DNA of 46,001 bases from an uncultured Rickettsiales bacterium (GCA_964409675.1 CAYPEF010000004.1:1-46001); one strand, 5' to 3'. Positions 36,101-45,705 are shown, numbered from the stretch's first letter. Numbers and translations are program-made. Notes: a model not told the origin generated them from the letters alone.

Positions 36101-36795
36101 CCAGTAAAATTGAGATGCAACGCTGGAAAAACAAGGATTATTCCATCCAGCACCGCCTGAGCGCGGCAGCGCTGATCGGCAATTTCGTAAGCCTTGACCA
36201 TGCCTGGCAACAGGGGAATATCACCTATACGCCAAGCGACGGTGTGAAAGAGCCGGTACTAACGAAAAAGGGCGTTTCCGTGCCGCTCTCCACCCTAACC
36301 AAAGCCTATAAAACACAACTCGCCGCGCTGGATGAGCAAGACAAGCCGACCCTGCGTCACCAGCAGGAATATGATGCCGGAAACGGCGTGAAATTCGACA
36401 GCGCCGATCTGGTGATGGCGCACTTAAGCGAACAATTCCTGCGCCTGGAGAAAGGCCTGCATGCGATTTATGCGGACGAGCTGGCCCCAAAAGGCGGCAA
36501 GCGCCAATTGATCGATTTGTTCAATCCCAGCCACCATGCCGATATTTTAGCCACCAAGCAGCTCTTTAACGACGTGCTAGATCAGCTAAACGCCACCAAA
36601 GCCAGCAGCAAAGCCTTAAAGGCCAAGCCAAAGGAAGAACTCACCGCCGACGAGCAGGAAGCGCTGCAGCGCCGCGAATTGCTGGAAGGAGCCTATTACC
36701 TTATCTTTGAGCGCGGCGACGGCATCTTCCCCATGTCAGTGCTGATGGAACAAACCCTGCTCGCGCAAAAACCCGGCGCGCAGAAAGCCGCCTGA
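33118..36795 (+). CDS. very large protein with colinear, degenerate phosphoenolpyruvate-carboxylase-like motifs
   Basis: ITITAHPNFSRSHRL (cf. VxTAHPTExxRR), NSWFADGDGKR (cf. SWMGGDRDGNP), LIPLHED (cf. PLFET), TESGDSTANRG (cf. GYSDSxKDxG), FGGQ...YYGQGGAV (cf. FHGRGGxxGRGG), TFQGE (cf. TEQGE), GSRGQGFNDERAIG (cf. GSRPxKR..LRAIPW). Confidence 0.45.
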   Translation: MSIRMHPSTDAPSSPLPFHTLSPAKLAETLGKAMQTKKLSPEERIYARALLLSVAGVGVGIMAEESSLRGGTQARKASPAWSIPRVGTYEGSLYDLIDAAKTHAVERSIQPQTITITAHPNFSRSHRLVELSHDLSRELGKLDRQAQAEIERTGALPGTNAGKTITEILASIKRELKPRTGRNRYEELKETTLDFIPTLMQAADEQIDLFKTRKAILRGGQGEAKATFTSLAQLDAVAATLPKYNSWFADGDGKRTCHVYDMEVAVPAVKRATYAHYQAALDGFKKLPNGKLGAVDVDRWKRELGNEITLLHDVEERAVKRMQALNEFLAASEEYRKADPQNVPAQRKVDAARIKAQAASSAYMEKLNEKIDGQPVYDILRQDKISRLRQEIGGALSEAYSGKTTLDPLHKELAEDLYTKLSAYGNFAVRMQRRENAKEYREVFEYLMKNCDSLRKEVAQRSGLSEAEVQATQLDSKTSRQSSRFSRAVRALAEAAMDDASSVRQLIYDHYRSLAGDLEKVRKPGDNGNTGDEIKPLEYRELLTLDALGYFNMSRLYPEAFQGGFVIAEYAQPNTTFLQEHADPQHKQDVANEVKTRAKTDMELQVALARSMWELSPSDKQAGRKAVSLPLIPLHEDPVALEHIPAAQAALREGPLAQYLLEYMGIRGSEEEKAALAAQKAVQYVTESGDSTANRGREANHTENWDKVMKAQAKPLTAYQDLRRYGFSDAEMERASLDIALLKKTHILEGPPDMEACSDNSKRATIIGAELAEHSVREKALTQAKLAASKNESERMPLVFGGQNYMLRKPKYYGQGGAVSRATDTPLDTVQATFQGEHPMMFVPRSLAQKAYHSLLGRLYLTGEAASGRAPAAELQAIASSVNGTGLAANMGNRLGFPGSAMSDDERALMEHTIASRIASTRDDERYNRWMEKYGGPALNYSARAGSRGQGFNDERAIGVAAKEGLAGIFSNIIGLSALFDFGHIGGGGGVMTEASKIEMQRWKNKDYSIQHRLSAAALIGNFVSLDHAWQQGNITYTPSDGVKEPVLTKKGVSVPLSTLTKAYKTQLAALDEQDKPTLRHQQEYDAGNGVKFDSADLVMAHLSEQFLRLEKGLHAIYADELAPKGGKRQLIDLFNPSHHADILATKQLFNDVLDQLNATKASSKALKAKPKEELTADEQEALQRRELLEGAYYLIFERGDGIFPMSVLMEQTLLAQKPGAQKAA

Positions 36796-36802
36796 AGCAG
36801 GT

Positions 36803-37252
36803 TTACGAAATAATACTGAAATACGCCACATACATCGCCACCACCACAATCGGGGTCACGATGCCGCGCAGCGTAAAAAACCACAGCGGTATAATGCGGT
36901 TATTGAACAGGATGCTGTCGATACCCCAGATCAGCGCGTAAAGGAACGCGAACATCAGCAATCGCAGGTACATCTCATCGATAAACATGATGCCCCAGGC
37001 AAGCATCGAGGCAAGCACGCTCTCCATCAACATGTAATTGGCGATGCGCGGGTTAGTTTTCTGGTGATGCACGGCCAGCCCCCAATGCACCCCGCCGAGG
37101 AAGGAGAAAATGATTGCGGCATAATTCAGCAGCAGATTGAGGATATGCTGCAGATCATCATACCAGCGGAATGCGATCCCCAAGCTTAAGAACACGAATG
37201 GCAGGGTACCGGTAATGGCCAGCCAGAAGGGAATTCGGTCTTTCATTAACAT
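36803..37252 (-). CDS. DUF3429-like membrane protein
   Basis: Four to five TM segments with FLGGVHWGLA. Confidence 0.65.
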   Translation of the reverse strand: MLMKDRIPFWLAITGTLPFVFLSLGIAFRWYDDLQHILNLLLNYAAIIFSFLGGVHWGLAVHHQKTNPRIANYMLMESVLASMLAWGIMFIDEMYLRLLMFAFLYALIWGIDSILFNNRIIPLWFFTLRGIVTPIVVVAMYVAYFSIIS

Positions 37253-37286
37253 CCTCGTCTTTACAGGCGAGGATAGGCAAAAAGTA

Positions 37287-37694
37287 TTATTTATTCTTTA
37301 ACAGGTCGCGGATTTCCTGTAGCAACTCTTCGCTTTTCGTTAAAGCGGGGGGCTTGCTCTGCTGCGCCAGGTGAAAGCGGTTCATCTGCTTCACCAACAT
37401 GAAAACCGCGAAGGAAACAATAATGAATCTCACTACCTCATTGATAAACTTGCCATAATTAATGGTAGCAGCTCCGGCGGCCTGCGCCTGCTGCAACGTG
37501 TCGTAATGCTCTTTGGAGAGGTTGATGAAGAAATTGCTGAAATCGATCCCGCCGATAATTTTCCCGATCGGCGGCATGATGATGTCATTCACCAGCGAAT
37601 TCACAATCGCCGTAAACGCCGCCCCGATAATAATACCGACCGCCAGGTCCACCACATTCCCACGCGAGATGAATGCCTTGAATTCCTTAAACAT
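37287..37694 (-). CDS. mscL: large-conductance mechanosensitive channel
   Basis: [27 protein letters not shown]. The upstream ORF extension runs into a repeat and was trimmed. Confidence 0.93.
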   Translation of the reverse strand: MFKEFKAFISRGNVVDLAVGIIIGAAFTAIVNSLVNDIIMPPIGKIIGGIDFSNFFINLSKEHYDTLQQAQAAGAATINYGKFINEVVRFIIVSFAVFMLVKQMNRFHLAQQSKPPALTKSEELLQEIRDLLKNK

Positions 37695-37774
37695 ACAGCC
37701 TCCTATATACTCCCTCTCCCGTGCAGGGGAAGGGATAAGCACCTGCACCCCATAACAAATTTCGGACGAACACT

Positions 37775-39754
37775 CTACATAAAACTATACGGATCGATAT
37801 CGATCTTAATCCGCAAGGAAGACGGGTGCTTCATCCCCGCCATCCATTCCCCGAGCAGCTTCTGGATATGCAAGCTGCGCTCGGCCTTCACCAAAATACG
37901 GTAGCGGTGCCTGCCGCGCAGCAGAGAAAGCGGCGCCGGCGCGGGACCAAGCACTTCCAGCCCGGTGATGCGCGGGGCGGAGAGCACCATGTCGCGCGCA
38001 TGCGCCATCGCCTGCTCCTCATGCTCGCCCTCGATGATGATCGCCACCAGCCGGGTAAAGGGCGGCATATGGCTGAGTTTGCGCGCCTCCAGCTCCTGCT
38101 CCATGAACGCATCGCGGTCGCCGGAGAGCAGCGCCTGCATCACCGGATGGGTAGGCAGGAAGGTCTGAATCATCACCACCCCCGGCGCGCTTTTCTCACG
38201 CCCCGCCCTTCCTGAGAGCTGGTGCAAAAGCTGATAGGTGCGCTCCGATGAGCGCAAATCCCCGCCGGTGAGCCCTAAATCCGCATCCACAATGCCGACC
38301 AGCGTCAGATTGGCGAAATGGTGCCCCTTCGCCACGATCTGCGTGCCGATCATGATATCCGTCTTCCCTTCCTCCATCGCCGCGATGCGCTCCTGCAGTG
38401 CGTCGAAACTCTCAATCGCATCGCTGGTCAGCACCGAAAGCTCCGCCTCCGGCAGAAACGCCTTCACCTCCTCCGCCACCCGCTCTACGCCCGGCCCGCA
38501 CGGGTGAAACGTGCCTTCCTTGGCGCATTCAGGGCAATGATGCGGAATCGGCGTAATGGCTCCGCAATGGTGGCATTGCAGGCGTGGATTGCTGCGGTGC
38601 AGCACAAGCCAGGCGGTGCAGTGCGGGCACTGGAACCGGTAGCCACAGGCGCGGCAAAGCAGCAGCGGCGCATAGCCGCGCCGGTTTAAAAACAGCATCG
38701 ACTGCTGCCCACGCCCCAGATTCTCCGCCAGCGCCTCGCGCAAAGGCGCGGAAATAAACGCCCCCTTATCCAACTGCACCTTGCGCATATCAATGGCTTT
38801 TGCCTCGGCAAATGTCGCCCCGGCATGACGTTCGCGCAGCTCCACGTGGTGATACTTGCCCTTCGCCGCGTTCCACAGCGTCTCCACCGACGGCGTAGCG
38901 GATACCAGAATCACCGGAATCTTCTCCATGCTCGCCCGTGCCACCGCCATGTCGCGCGCATGGTAGATCACCCCGTCCTCCTGCTTGTAGGAGGCGTCAT
39001 GCTCCTCATCCGCCACAATCGCGCGCAAATCCCGGAACGGCAGGAACAGCGCCGAGCGCGCGCCCACCACCACCTTCGCCTCGCCCTGCACAATCGCGCG
39101 CCATGTGTGCTTGCGCTGTCCTGCGGGAAGCCCGGAATGCCACACGTGCGGCTTGCAGCCGAAGCGCTTGGCAAACCGCTCCAGCCATTGCACCGAGAGC
39201 GCGATTTCCGGCAGCATCACCAGCACCTGCCCGCCCTCCTTCATCGCATCGGCCAGCGCGTCGAAATAGACTTCTGTCTTGCCGGAGCCGGTCACGCCAT
39301 CCAGCAGTGTCACCGAGAATCCCGCCCCGTTGCCTGCTTTCAGCCGCTCCGCCGCCTCCATCTGCACTGGTGAAAGCTTTACCTCCGGCAGAGCGGACGG
39401 CAGTTCAATCTTCGGTGCCCGCTCACGCTTGCCGGGCGCTTTCAAAGCCTCCGCCACCGGAAGGCTCATCTTGATTACCCCGCCCACGGGCGAAAGCGTG
39501 TACCACGCTACCCAGTCGATAAACTGGCGCATTTCCTCGCGCATCGGCGGCAGGTGGGAGTAATGCTCGATCAGCGGTTTGATCTTGGCGGCGTCCACCC
39601 CGCCCTTCCCCGCCCCCCAGACAATCCCCCGCATCTCTTTTCCGCCAAAGGGAGCCAGCACGTAATCGCCCGGCTGTAATTGCATCTCCTCAGGAACCCG
39701 GTAATCAAACCCGCGTGGCAAGGCGTTAGGCAACGTAATTTCCACAATTTTCAT
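37775..39754 (-). CDS. priA: primosomal replication protein N' (PriA helicase)
   Basis: [16 protein letters not shown], Cys-rich zinc region [16 protein letters not shown]...CHHCG...CPEC. Confidence 0.95.
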   Translation of the reverse strand: MKIVEITLPNALPRGFDYRVPEEMQLQPGDYVLAPFGGKEMRGIVWGAGKGGVDAAKIKPLIEHYSHLPPMREEMRQFIDWVAWYTLSPVGGVIKMSLPVAEALKAPGKRERAPKIELPSALPEVKLSPVQMEAAERLKAGNGAGFSVTLLDGVTGSGKTEVYFDALADAMKEGGQVLVMLPEIALSVQWLERFAKRFGCKPHVWHSGLPAGQRKHTWRAIVQGEAKVVVGARSALFLPFRDLRAIVADEEHDASYKQEDGVIYHARDMAVARASMEKIPVILVSATPSVETLWNAAKGKYHHVELRERHAGATFAEAKAIDMRKVQLDKGAFISAPLREALAENLGRGQQSMLFLNRRGYAPLLLCRACGYRFQCPHCTAWLVLHRSNPRLQCHHCGAITPIPHHCPECAKEGTFHPCGPGVERVAEEVKAFLPEAELSVLTSDAIESFDALQERIAAMEEGKTDIMIGTQIVAKGHHFANLTLVGIVDADLGLTGGDLRSSERTYQLLHQLSGRAGREKSAPGVVMIQTFLPTHPVMQALLSGDRDAFMEQELEARKLSHMPPFTRLVAIIIEGEHEEQAMAHARDMVLSAPRITGLEVLGPAPAPLSLLRGRHRYRILVKAERSLHIQKLLGEWMAGMKHPSSLRIKIDIDPYSFM

Positions 39755-39947
39755 AATAAACATGCTCTGTCAGGCATAGGAGATTCCATAACAATTTGAA
39801 TGAGAAACACTTGAAGAACAATCGAAATATACAAATACAGCTTTGGTGCTGCATATTATGTAAGCACCGGTACAGCCCGGCTTAATTAACAATGAATTAA
39901 TTAATTCGCCTTATGATTAACTAGGGTTAACAGCTTTTGAAGTTGCC

Positions 39948-40160
39948 ATGCATTTACGCAGCTTTTTCAAGAATCAAAATGGCGCATCTTCCGTCGAATA
40001 TAGCCTGATTATCGCCCTGATCGTAAACTGCATCATCATGTCCGTTATCAGCCTTGGCATTTTTCTAAACCAGGCTTTTCATGGGTTGGATGGCGCTTTC
40101 CATGGCGGCCCCGGCGACGATGGCAAGGCTAATGCTTCGCCCAGCCCCATGCCTCGCTAA
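39948..40160 (+). CDS. flp: Flp family type IVb pilin (orphan) with extended C-terminus
   Basis: Prepilin motif NG/ASSVEYSLIIALI followed by a hydrophobic helix. Atypical Gly/Asp/Pro-rich tail. Confidence 0.7.
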   Translation: MHLRSFFKNQNGASSVEYSLIIALIVNCIIMSVISLGIFLNQAFHGLDGAFHGGPGDDGKANASPSPMPR

Positions 40161-40242
40161 TTAAACTGCGCGAGAGACTTGCCAAGCTGCCGGTTTGTTT
40201 AGTATCGTGGCCGCCTGTTTTAACCCGACCAGAGCCTAAGTC

Positions 40243-40899
40243 ATGAAATTCTTTATCGACACCGCCGAAATCAAGGACATCATCGAGCTGAACGAAACCG
40301 GCATGGTGGACGGCGTCACCACCAACCCCACCCTGATCGCCCGCTCGGGTCGCAACTTCCTGGAGGTGATGAAGGATATCTGCGCCGTCGTCTCCGGTCC
40401 GGTCAGCGCTGAAGTGGCCGCCACCGATTATGAGGGCATGGTGCGCGAAGGCGAGAAGCTCGCCCGCATCGCCGACAATATCGCCATCAAAGTGCCGCTC
40501 ACCTGGGATGGCCTCAAGGCCTGCCGCTATTTCGCCTCGCGCAGCATCATGGTGAACGTCACGCTCTGCTTCTCGGCGGCGCAGGCGCTGCTGGCAGCCA
40601 AGGCAGGCGCCACCTTCATCTCCCCCTTCGTCGGCCGCTTCGACGATATCGGCACCGACGGCATGACGCTGATTGCCGATATCTGCGCCATTTACAAGCA
40701 ATACGAAACGATTAGCACCGAAGTACTGGTGGCTTCCGTGCGCAGCCCGCTGCACGTGGTGCAGGCCGGAAAATTAGGTGCGCATGTGGCCACCCTGCCG
40801 CCCCCGGTCCTCAAATCCCTCATCAATCACCCGCTGACCGACAAGGGCTTGGCAGCCTTCTTAAGCGACTGGCAGAAAACCGGCCAGGTGATCGCTTAA
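40243..40899 (+). CDS. tal: transaldolase, type 3B / fructose-6-phosphate aldolase family
   Basis: [13 protein letters not shown]...GVTTNPTL..., IKVP, ISPFVGR. Confidence 0.92.
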   Translation: MKFFIDTAEIKDIIELNETGMVDGVTTNPTLIARSGRNFLEVMKDICAVVSGPVSAEVAATDYEGMVREGEKLARIADNIAIKVPLTWDGLKACRYFASRSIMVNVTLCFSAAQALLAAKAGATFISPFVGRFDDIGTDGMTLIADICAIYKQYETISTEVLVASVRSPLHVVQAGKLGAHVATLPPPVLKSLINHPLTDKGLAAFLSDWQKTGQVIA

Positions 40900-40908
40900 A
40901 GGAATTCC

Positions 40909-41655
40909 ATGAATGAAAAAACCAGCCGTGCCAAACTGCCCGGCCTCACTGACATTCAAGTCCTTGAGTACCTGCGCGCGCACCCGCAGTTCCTGACCAA
41001 GCATCCCGAGCTGCTGGAAGTCCTCTCCCCGCCCGAGCGGGACTTGGGCGAAAGCGTGGTCGATTTCCAGCAATTCCAGCTGAAGAACCTGCAAAGCAAC
41101 ACCAAAAGCTTAAAGGAAAAATACGCCGGCCTCGTGGATTTCTGCCGCGACAACCTCTCCGTGCAGGGCCAGGTGCATGCCGCCGTGCTGCGCCTGGTGC
41201 GCGTGCGCAGCCTGGAGCAATTACTGGAAGTGCTGACGCTCGATTTACTGAGCCTCTTTGACCTCGACGTCGTGCGCCTCGCCGTGGAATCGGACGCCGC
41301 CGGAGCGGTGGATTCCTATTACAGCGAGGATAATTTCTCCGGTATCGTCTTCATCGAACCGGGCACGGTGGATGCGGCGCTGAATGGCCGGCATGCGCTT
41401 CTGATTGCCGATACATCCGAGCATCAGTTCCCCGGCTTCGAGCGCGTCTTCGCCGATTGCGAAAGCCTGATCGAATCCTGCGCCGTCCTGCGCCTGACGC
41501 TGGAAGACGTGCCCCGCAACGTGCTGCTCGCCTTCGGCGTGCGCTACAAGGATCGCTACCACCCCGGCCAGGGCATCGATTTGCTCGCCTTCCTTGCCGA
41601 CGTGGTAGCGCACCAGCTGGATACCTACCTGAAAGACATGGATGAACCGGCATGA
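40909..41655 (+). CDS. DUF484 (YigA-like) protein
   Basis: VLEYLRAHPQFLTKHPELLEVL at the N-terminus. Precedes and overlaps xerC, as yigA does in E. coli. Confidence 0.8.
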   Translation: MNEKTSRAKLPGLTDIQVLEYLRAHPQFLTKHPELLEVLSPPERDLGESVVDFQQFQLKNLQSNTKSLKEKYAGLVDFCRDNLSVQGQVHAAVLRLVRVRSLEQLLEVLTLDLLSLFDLDVVRLAVESDAAGAVDSYYSEDNFSGIVFIEPGTVDAALNGRHALLIADTSEHQFPGFERVFADCESLIESCAVLRLTLEDVPRNVLLAFGVRYKDRYHPGQGIDLLAFLADVVAHQLDTYLKDMDEPA

Positions 41656-42578
41656 GCCTGGAAATCGTCACCGAACAGGTCGCCGAAATCTTCGAGCACT
41701 GGCTGGATTACTTAAGCGAAATGCGCGGCCTCTCCGAGCGCACCATTGTTGCCTACCGCGGCGACGTGCTGCAATTCTTCCGCTTTGCCTGCCGCCACCG
41801 CAGCGCCGAGGTGGATATGAAACTCTTGCAGGAGCTGGAGCTGCGCGATTTCCGCGCCTGGCTCGCCGCCCGAAATGGCGAAGGGCTGGACCATGCCTCT
41901 ACCGCCCGCGCCCTTTCGGCGGTGAAAAACTTCTTCCGCTATCTGGAAACCAAGGAACTGATTACCAGCCCGCCGGTCTTTTCCCTGCGCACGCCCAAGC
42001 TCGCCAAGCCCCTGCCCAAAGCCCTGCAAGCCGAGGACTCGGCGCTAGCGGTAGACGCCATGGGCACACTGCATCCGGAAAGCTGGATTGCCGCGCGTGA
42101 TGTGGCCATCATGCTGCTGCTCTACGGCGCAGGGCTTCGCATCGGCGAAGCGCTCAGTCTTTCCGTGCAGGCCATCAAGGGCAAGGACATGCTGGTAGTG
42201 CTCGGCAAGGGCGGTAAGGAGCGCGTGGTGCCGCTGCTGCCGGTGGTGCGCGAGGCAGTGGAGGATTATTTGCAGCAATGCCCCTACCGTCCGGCGGGCA
42301 AATCCCCCCTGTTCGTCGGCGCACGCGGGCAGAAGCTGGACCCCGGCGTCTTCCAGCGGCAGTTGCGTAAACTGCGCGCCATGCTCGGCCTGCCCGAATC
42401 CGCCACGCCGCACGCACTGCGCCATTCCTTCGCCACCCATCTGTTAGAGAGCGGCGCAGACCTGCGCTCCATCCAGGAACTGCTCGGCCACGCCAGCCTC
42501 TCCACCACCCAGCGCTACACCAAGGTGGATCGCGAGCGCCTGCTCAGCGCCTTCAAGAAAGCCCACCCCCGCGCGTGA
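41652..42578 (+). CDS. xerC: tyrosine recombinase XerC
   Basis: GLRIGEALSL, HALRHSFATHLLESGADLRSIQELLGHASLSTTQRYT. Confidence 0.9.
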   Translation: MSLEIVTEQVAEIFEHWLDYLSEMRGLSERTIVAYRGDVLQFFRFACRHRSAEVDMKLLQELELRDFRAWLAARNGEGLDHASTARALSAVKNFFRYLETKELITSPPVFSLRTPKLAKPLPKALQAEDSALAVDAMGTLHPESWIAARDVAIMLLLYGAGLRIGEALSLSVQAIKGKDMLVVLGKGGKERVVPLLPVVREAVEDYLQQCPYRPAGKSPLFVGARGQKLDPGVFQRQLRKLRAMLGLPESATPHALRHSFATHLLESGADLRSIQELLGHASLSTTQRYTKVDRERLLSAFKKAHPRA

Positions 42579-43786
42579 AACCCGAGCTGACGCTACGCCT
42601 GCGCAAGGAAGCGGAGAAGAAGATCCTCGGCGGCTTCCCATGGATATATAAAGGCGATTATATCGAATCCTCCGAACAGGTCATCGCCGAACCGGGCGCA
42701 CTGGCGGACGTAGTAACATCACGCGGTGCCTATATCGGCACCGGCTATTTCAACCCCGCCTCGCAAATCGCCTGCCGGTTGCTCACGCGCAAAAAAGAAC
42801 CCATCGACACCGATTTCTTCATCAAGCGCATGCGCGCCGCCAGCGCTAAACGCGAAGCCCTGTTCCCCGAACCCTACTGGCGCGCCGTGCACTCCGAAGG
42901 CGATGACCTGCCCGGCCTGCTGATCGACCGCTTTGGAGGCATACTCGTGCTGCAAACCGGCACGCTCGGCATGGAGCGCCTGCTCCCCCTTATCCTCGAA
43001 GCCGCCGAAACAGTCTTCTCCCCGGCGGCGATATTGCTGCGCAATGATAACCGTGCCCGCACGCTGGAAGGATTGCCACTTTATACCCGCATCATCAAAG
43101 GCAATATCCCCGACAAGGCGGAAGTGCATGAGAACGATTGCATCTATTTAGCCGACCTGCAACACGGCCAGAAAACCGGCTGGTTCTACGACCAACGCGG
43201 CAACCGCGCCCTTCTCGCCTCCCACGCCAAGGACAAAACCGTCCTCGACGCCTATTCCCACAGCGGCGGCTTTGGCTTGCTTGCGGCGAAGATGGCAAAA
43301 GAAGTCACCCTCCTCGACAGCTCCGCCCTCGCCCTTTCGCTCGCCCGCGACGCGGCGGCGTTGAATCAGGTGACGAACCGCTGTCATTTCCTGCAAGCCG
43401 ACGCTCTTGAAGAAATGGAGCGAATGCATAAGCACGGCATGCGCTTCGACTGCATCTCCGCTGACCCACCGCCTTTCATCAAAAGCAAAAAAGACCTGCA
43501 CGCAGGCCTGCGCGCCTACGAAAAAATCGCTCGCGCATCGGCTACGCTGGTATCGGATAACGGCCTGATGATGATCGCCTCCTGCTCTCACCACGCCACG
43601 CGGCCATTGTTCAGGCAGGCGGTGCTAAACGGTATTCACAAATCCGGACGTCAGGCACACATCATCGCTGAAACCGGCGTCGCCCCCGACCACCCGGTGC
43701 ACCCGCACCTGCCGCAGAGTGGGTATTTGAAATCTTTGCTGTTACACTTCCAGAATAATCCCCTCTCAGGGAGAAGGCCAGGGTGA
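42575..43786 (+). CDS. rlmI: class I SAM-dependent rRNA methyltransferase (RlmI-like, PUA + MTase)
   Basis: N-terminal PUA-like region, GQKTGWFYDQR, DAYSHSGGFG, SADPPPF. The last few codons run into the repeat at 43760. Confidence 0.75.
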   Translation: MKPELTLRLRKEAEKKILGGFPWIYKGDYIESSEQVIAEPGALADVVTSRGAYIGTGYFNPASQIACRLLTRKKEPIDTDFFIKRMRAASAKREALFPEPYWRAVHSEGDDLPGLLIDRFGGILVLQTGTLGMERLLPLILEAAETVFSPAAILLRNDNRARTLEGLPLYTRIIKGNIPDKAEVHENDCIYLADLQHGQKTGWFYDQRGNRALLASHAKDKTVLDAYSHSGGFGLLAAKMAKEVTLLDSSALALSLARDAAALNQVTNRCHFLQADALEEMERMHKHGMRFDCISADPPPFIKSKKDLHAGLRAYEKIARASATLVSDNGLMMIASCSHHATRPLFRQAVLNGIHKSGRQAHIIAETGVAPDHPVHPHLPQSGYLKSLLLHFQNNPLSGRRPG

Positions 43787-43862
43787 GGGTTAGCACCCCT
43801 ATTTCCGACATCATTGTGGAGGAGAGAACCTTCACCCCACTCTCTCCCTGGAAGGGAGAGGA
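43760..43862. mobile_element. MITE-like 'empty' copy of the DUF559-cassette inverted repeats
   Basis: CCCCTCTCAGGGAGAAGGCCAGGGTGAGGGT ... about 30-nt spacer ... GAGAGAACCTTCACCCCACTCTCTCCCTGGAAGGGAGAGG. Same two arms and orientation as 10567-10605 and 10963-11004. Confidence 0.7.
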
Positions 43863-43873
43863 AGAATAGTAAG

Positions 43874-44416
43874 CTACTTCTCCTCCACCATATGCCGCTG
43901 CATTAGCGGCAGTTGGCACAGCGTGAACAGCACCGTCAGGCTCATCATGCCGAAGACCTTGAAATTCACCCAGAAGTCGGTGGGGAAATTGCGCCAGACC
44001 GCTTCGTTCACCCCGGCGAGGAACAGGAAAAACAGCCCCCAGCGGCGCGACAATATCATCCAGCCGCGCTCATCGAGCTGCACGGCGTATTCGAAGACGT
44101 ATTTCAGCATCGGCTGCCCGCGCGCCCAGCCGATCAGTAAAATGGCGGCAAACAAAATATTAATCAGCGTCGGCTTGATTTTAATGAATAAATCGTTTTG
44201 CAGGTAAATGGTCAGCCCGCCGAAGACGGCCACCGCCACGCCGGTCACCAACGGCATAACGGCGATTTTCCTTGTTTTCCAGTAAGAAACGCCCAATGCC
44301 GCTGCCGTCGCCGCCATGAGGATCCCGGTCGCCGGAATCAGCCCCAACAGGCGATAACTAATGAAAAACGCCGCCAGCGGACCCAGTTCCGTCAACAGCC
44401 GCCACCCGGATGACAT
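43874..44416 (-). CDS. yciB: intracellular septation protein A (YciB/IspZ)
   Basis: Five TM segments. LGPLAAFFISYRL...KPTLINILFA pattern. Confidence 0.85.
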   Translation of the reverse strand: MSSGWRLLTELGPLAAFFISYRLLGLIPATGILMAATAAALGVSYWKTRKIAVMPLVTGVAVAVFGGLTIYLQNDLFIKIKPTLINILFAAILLIGWARGQPMLKYVFEYAVQLDERGWMILSRRWGLFFLFLAGVNEAVWRNFPTDFWVNFKVFGMMSLTVLFTLCQLPLMQRHMVEEK

Positions 44417-44520
44417 CTTTACAAACCCACGTATTTTAAGTAAATATTAAAAGGTACACGCTATAACTAGAGCATCTATATAGCATGTCGCATGCGTAAA
44501 ACAACAGGAGCGGCCGCCCC

Positions 44521-45234
44521 TTGGAAACATCCGTACTGATCGTTGAAGACGAAGTGGCGATTGTCACGCTGTTACGTTACAACCTGGAGCGTGAAGGCTT
44601 CCGCGTCTATTCCACCGGCGACGGCGAAGAAGCCGTAAACATGGTACGCGACTACAAGCCCGACGTCATCGTGCTCGACTGGATGCTGCCCTCCATGAGC
44701 GGCGTGGAAATCTGCAAGCAGCTGCGCTGGAACCCGGAAACCAAGGCCATCCCGATCATCATGCTCTCCGCCCGCGGCGAAGAAGGCGACCGCATCCGCG
44801 GCCTCGACGCCGGCGCGGACGATTATATCGTCAAACCCTTCTCGCCCGCCGAACTGGTGGCCCGCATCCGCGCCATCTTCCGCCGCTTCCGGCCGGCGCT
44901 TTCCGAGAAAATATTATCGTATGCCGGCATCGCCATGGACGTTTCGGCGCATAAGGTCACGCGCAACAACATGGAAGTGCATCTGAGTCCCACCGAGTTC
45001 AGCTTGCTGCGCTACTTGCTCGAACATCCGGGCCGCGTTTTCTCGCGTGAGCAGTTGCTCGATTCCGTCTGGGGCCATGATATTTATGTGGAGCTGCGCA
45101 CCGTGGACGTGCATATTCGCCGCCTGCGCAAGGGCCTCGACTATGATGGCCGCCAGCCCGACATCATCCGCACCGTCCGCTCCGCAGGGTATGCACTGGA
45201 GGAAGTGCCAGCAGGCGAGAGCGCGGAAGCGTAA
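44521..45234 (+). CDS. phoB: phosphate regulon response regulator PhoB (TTG start)
   Basis: LIVEDE, VLDWMLPSMSG, MLSARGEE, VKPF. Winged-helix region TEFSLLRYLLEHPGRVFSREQLL..VDVHIRRLRKGL. Confidence 0.88.
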   Translation: METSVLIVEDEVAIVTLLRYNLEREGFRVYSTGDGEEAVNMVRDYKPDVIVLDWMLPSMSGVEICKQLRWNPETKAIPIIMLSARGEEGDRIRGLDAGADDYIVKPFSPAELVARIRAIFRRFRPALSEKILSYAGIAMDVSAHKVTRNNMEVHLSPTEFSLLRYLLEHPGRVFSREQLLDSVWGHDIYVELRTVDVHIRRLRKGLDYDGRQPDIIRTVRSAGYALEEVPAGESAEA

Positions 45235-45237
45235 CAC

Positions 45238-45705
45238 CTACCAGCCTTCGGTCCGCCCTTTTCCTTCTTCCGGGGACATTCTTCTGCGTGAGGGCGAAAC
45301 TGTGCTGGCTTTCTGTACGGCATATTCATGCAGCACATCGTCATTAATAAAGCGTTGAAATCTTTCGATGATCGCACTACGCAAATCAGCATCTGATAAC
45401 CGGTCTTGCGCGCCCGGAACATTTAATGCATTAATTTCATCAACAAGCCGATTAATATCCGGCCTCAGTTTTTGAGCAGACGCAGCAGAAAAGTTATTAT
45501 CCACGACCGTTTTATTCTGCTCAGCAAGCGTCGGCATAACATAGTGATTAACAAAAGATGCCAGTTCGTTCGCAATAGCGGCATCAGAGGCGCTCCCAAT
45601 CCTATGCTGCTCTTTGAGACCAACATAGTTATTCATAAAATCCACAAATGAAGGCATTAATTTTTCCGCATTTTGCGGGTTAAGCATCCCTAGCTTTGTT
45701 CGCAT
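45238..45705 (-). CDS. hypothetical protein in an AT-rich block
   Basis: ORF in AT-richer DNA. Its stop is only 3 nt from the phoB stop. No motif recognised. Confidence 0.45.
   Translation of the reverse strand: MRTKLGMLNPQNAEKLMPSFVDFMNNYVGLKEQHRIGSASDAAIANELASFVNHYVMPTLAEQNKTVVDNNFSAASAQKLRPDINRLVDEINALNVPGAQDRLSDADLRSAIIERFQRFINDDVLHEYAVQKASTVSPSRRRMSPEEGKGRTEGW

Noticed and set aside
37695-37748. 18-codon N-terminal extension of mscL
   Set aside because: The extension is encoded by a degenerate copy of the CCCTCTCCC repeat. MscL family proteins start at MFKEFKAF-type sequences.
44417-44520. Pho box upstream of phoB
   Set aside because: No CTGTCAT-type direct repeats are visible. Only a short CTATATAG palindrome is present.
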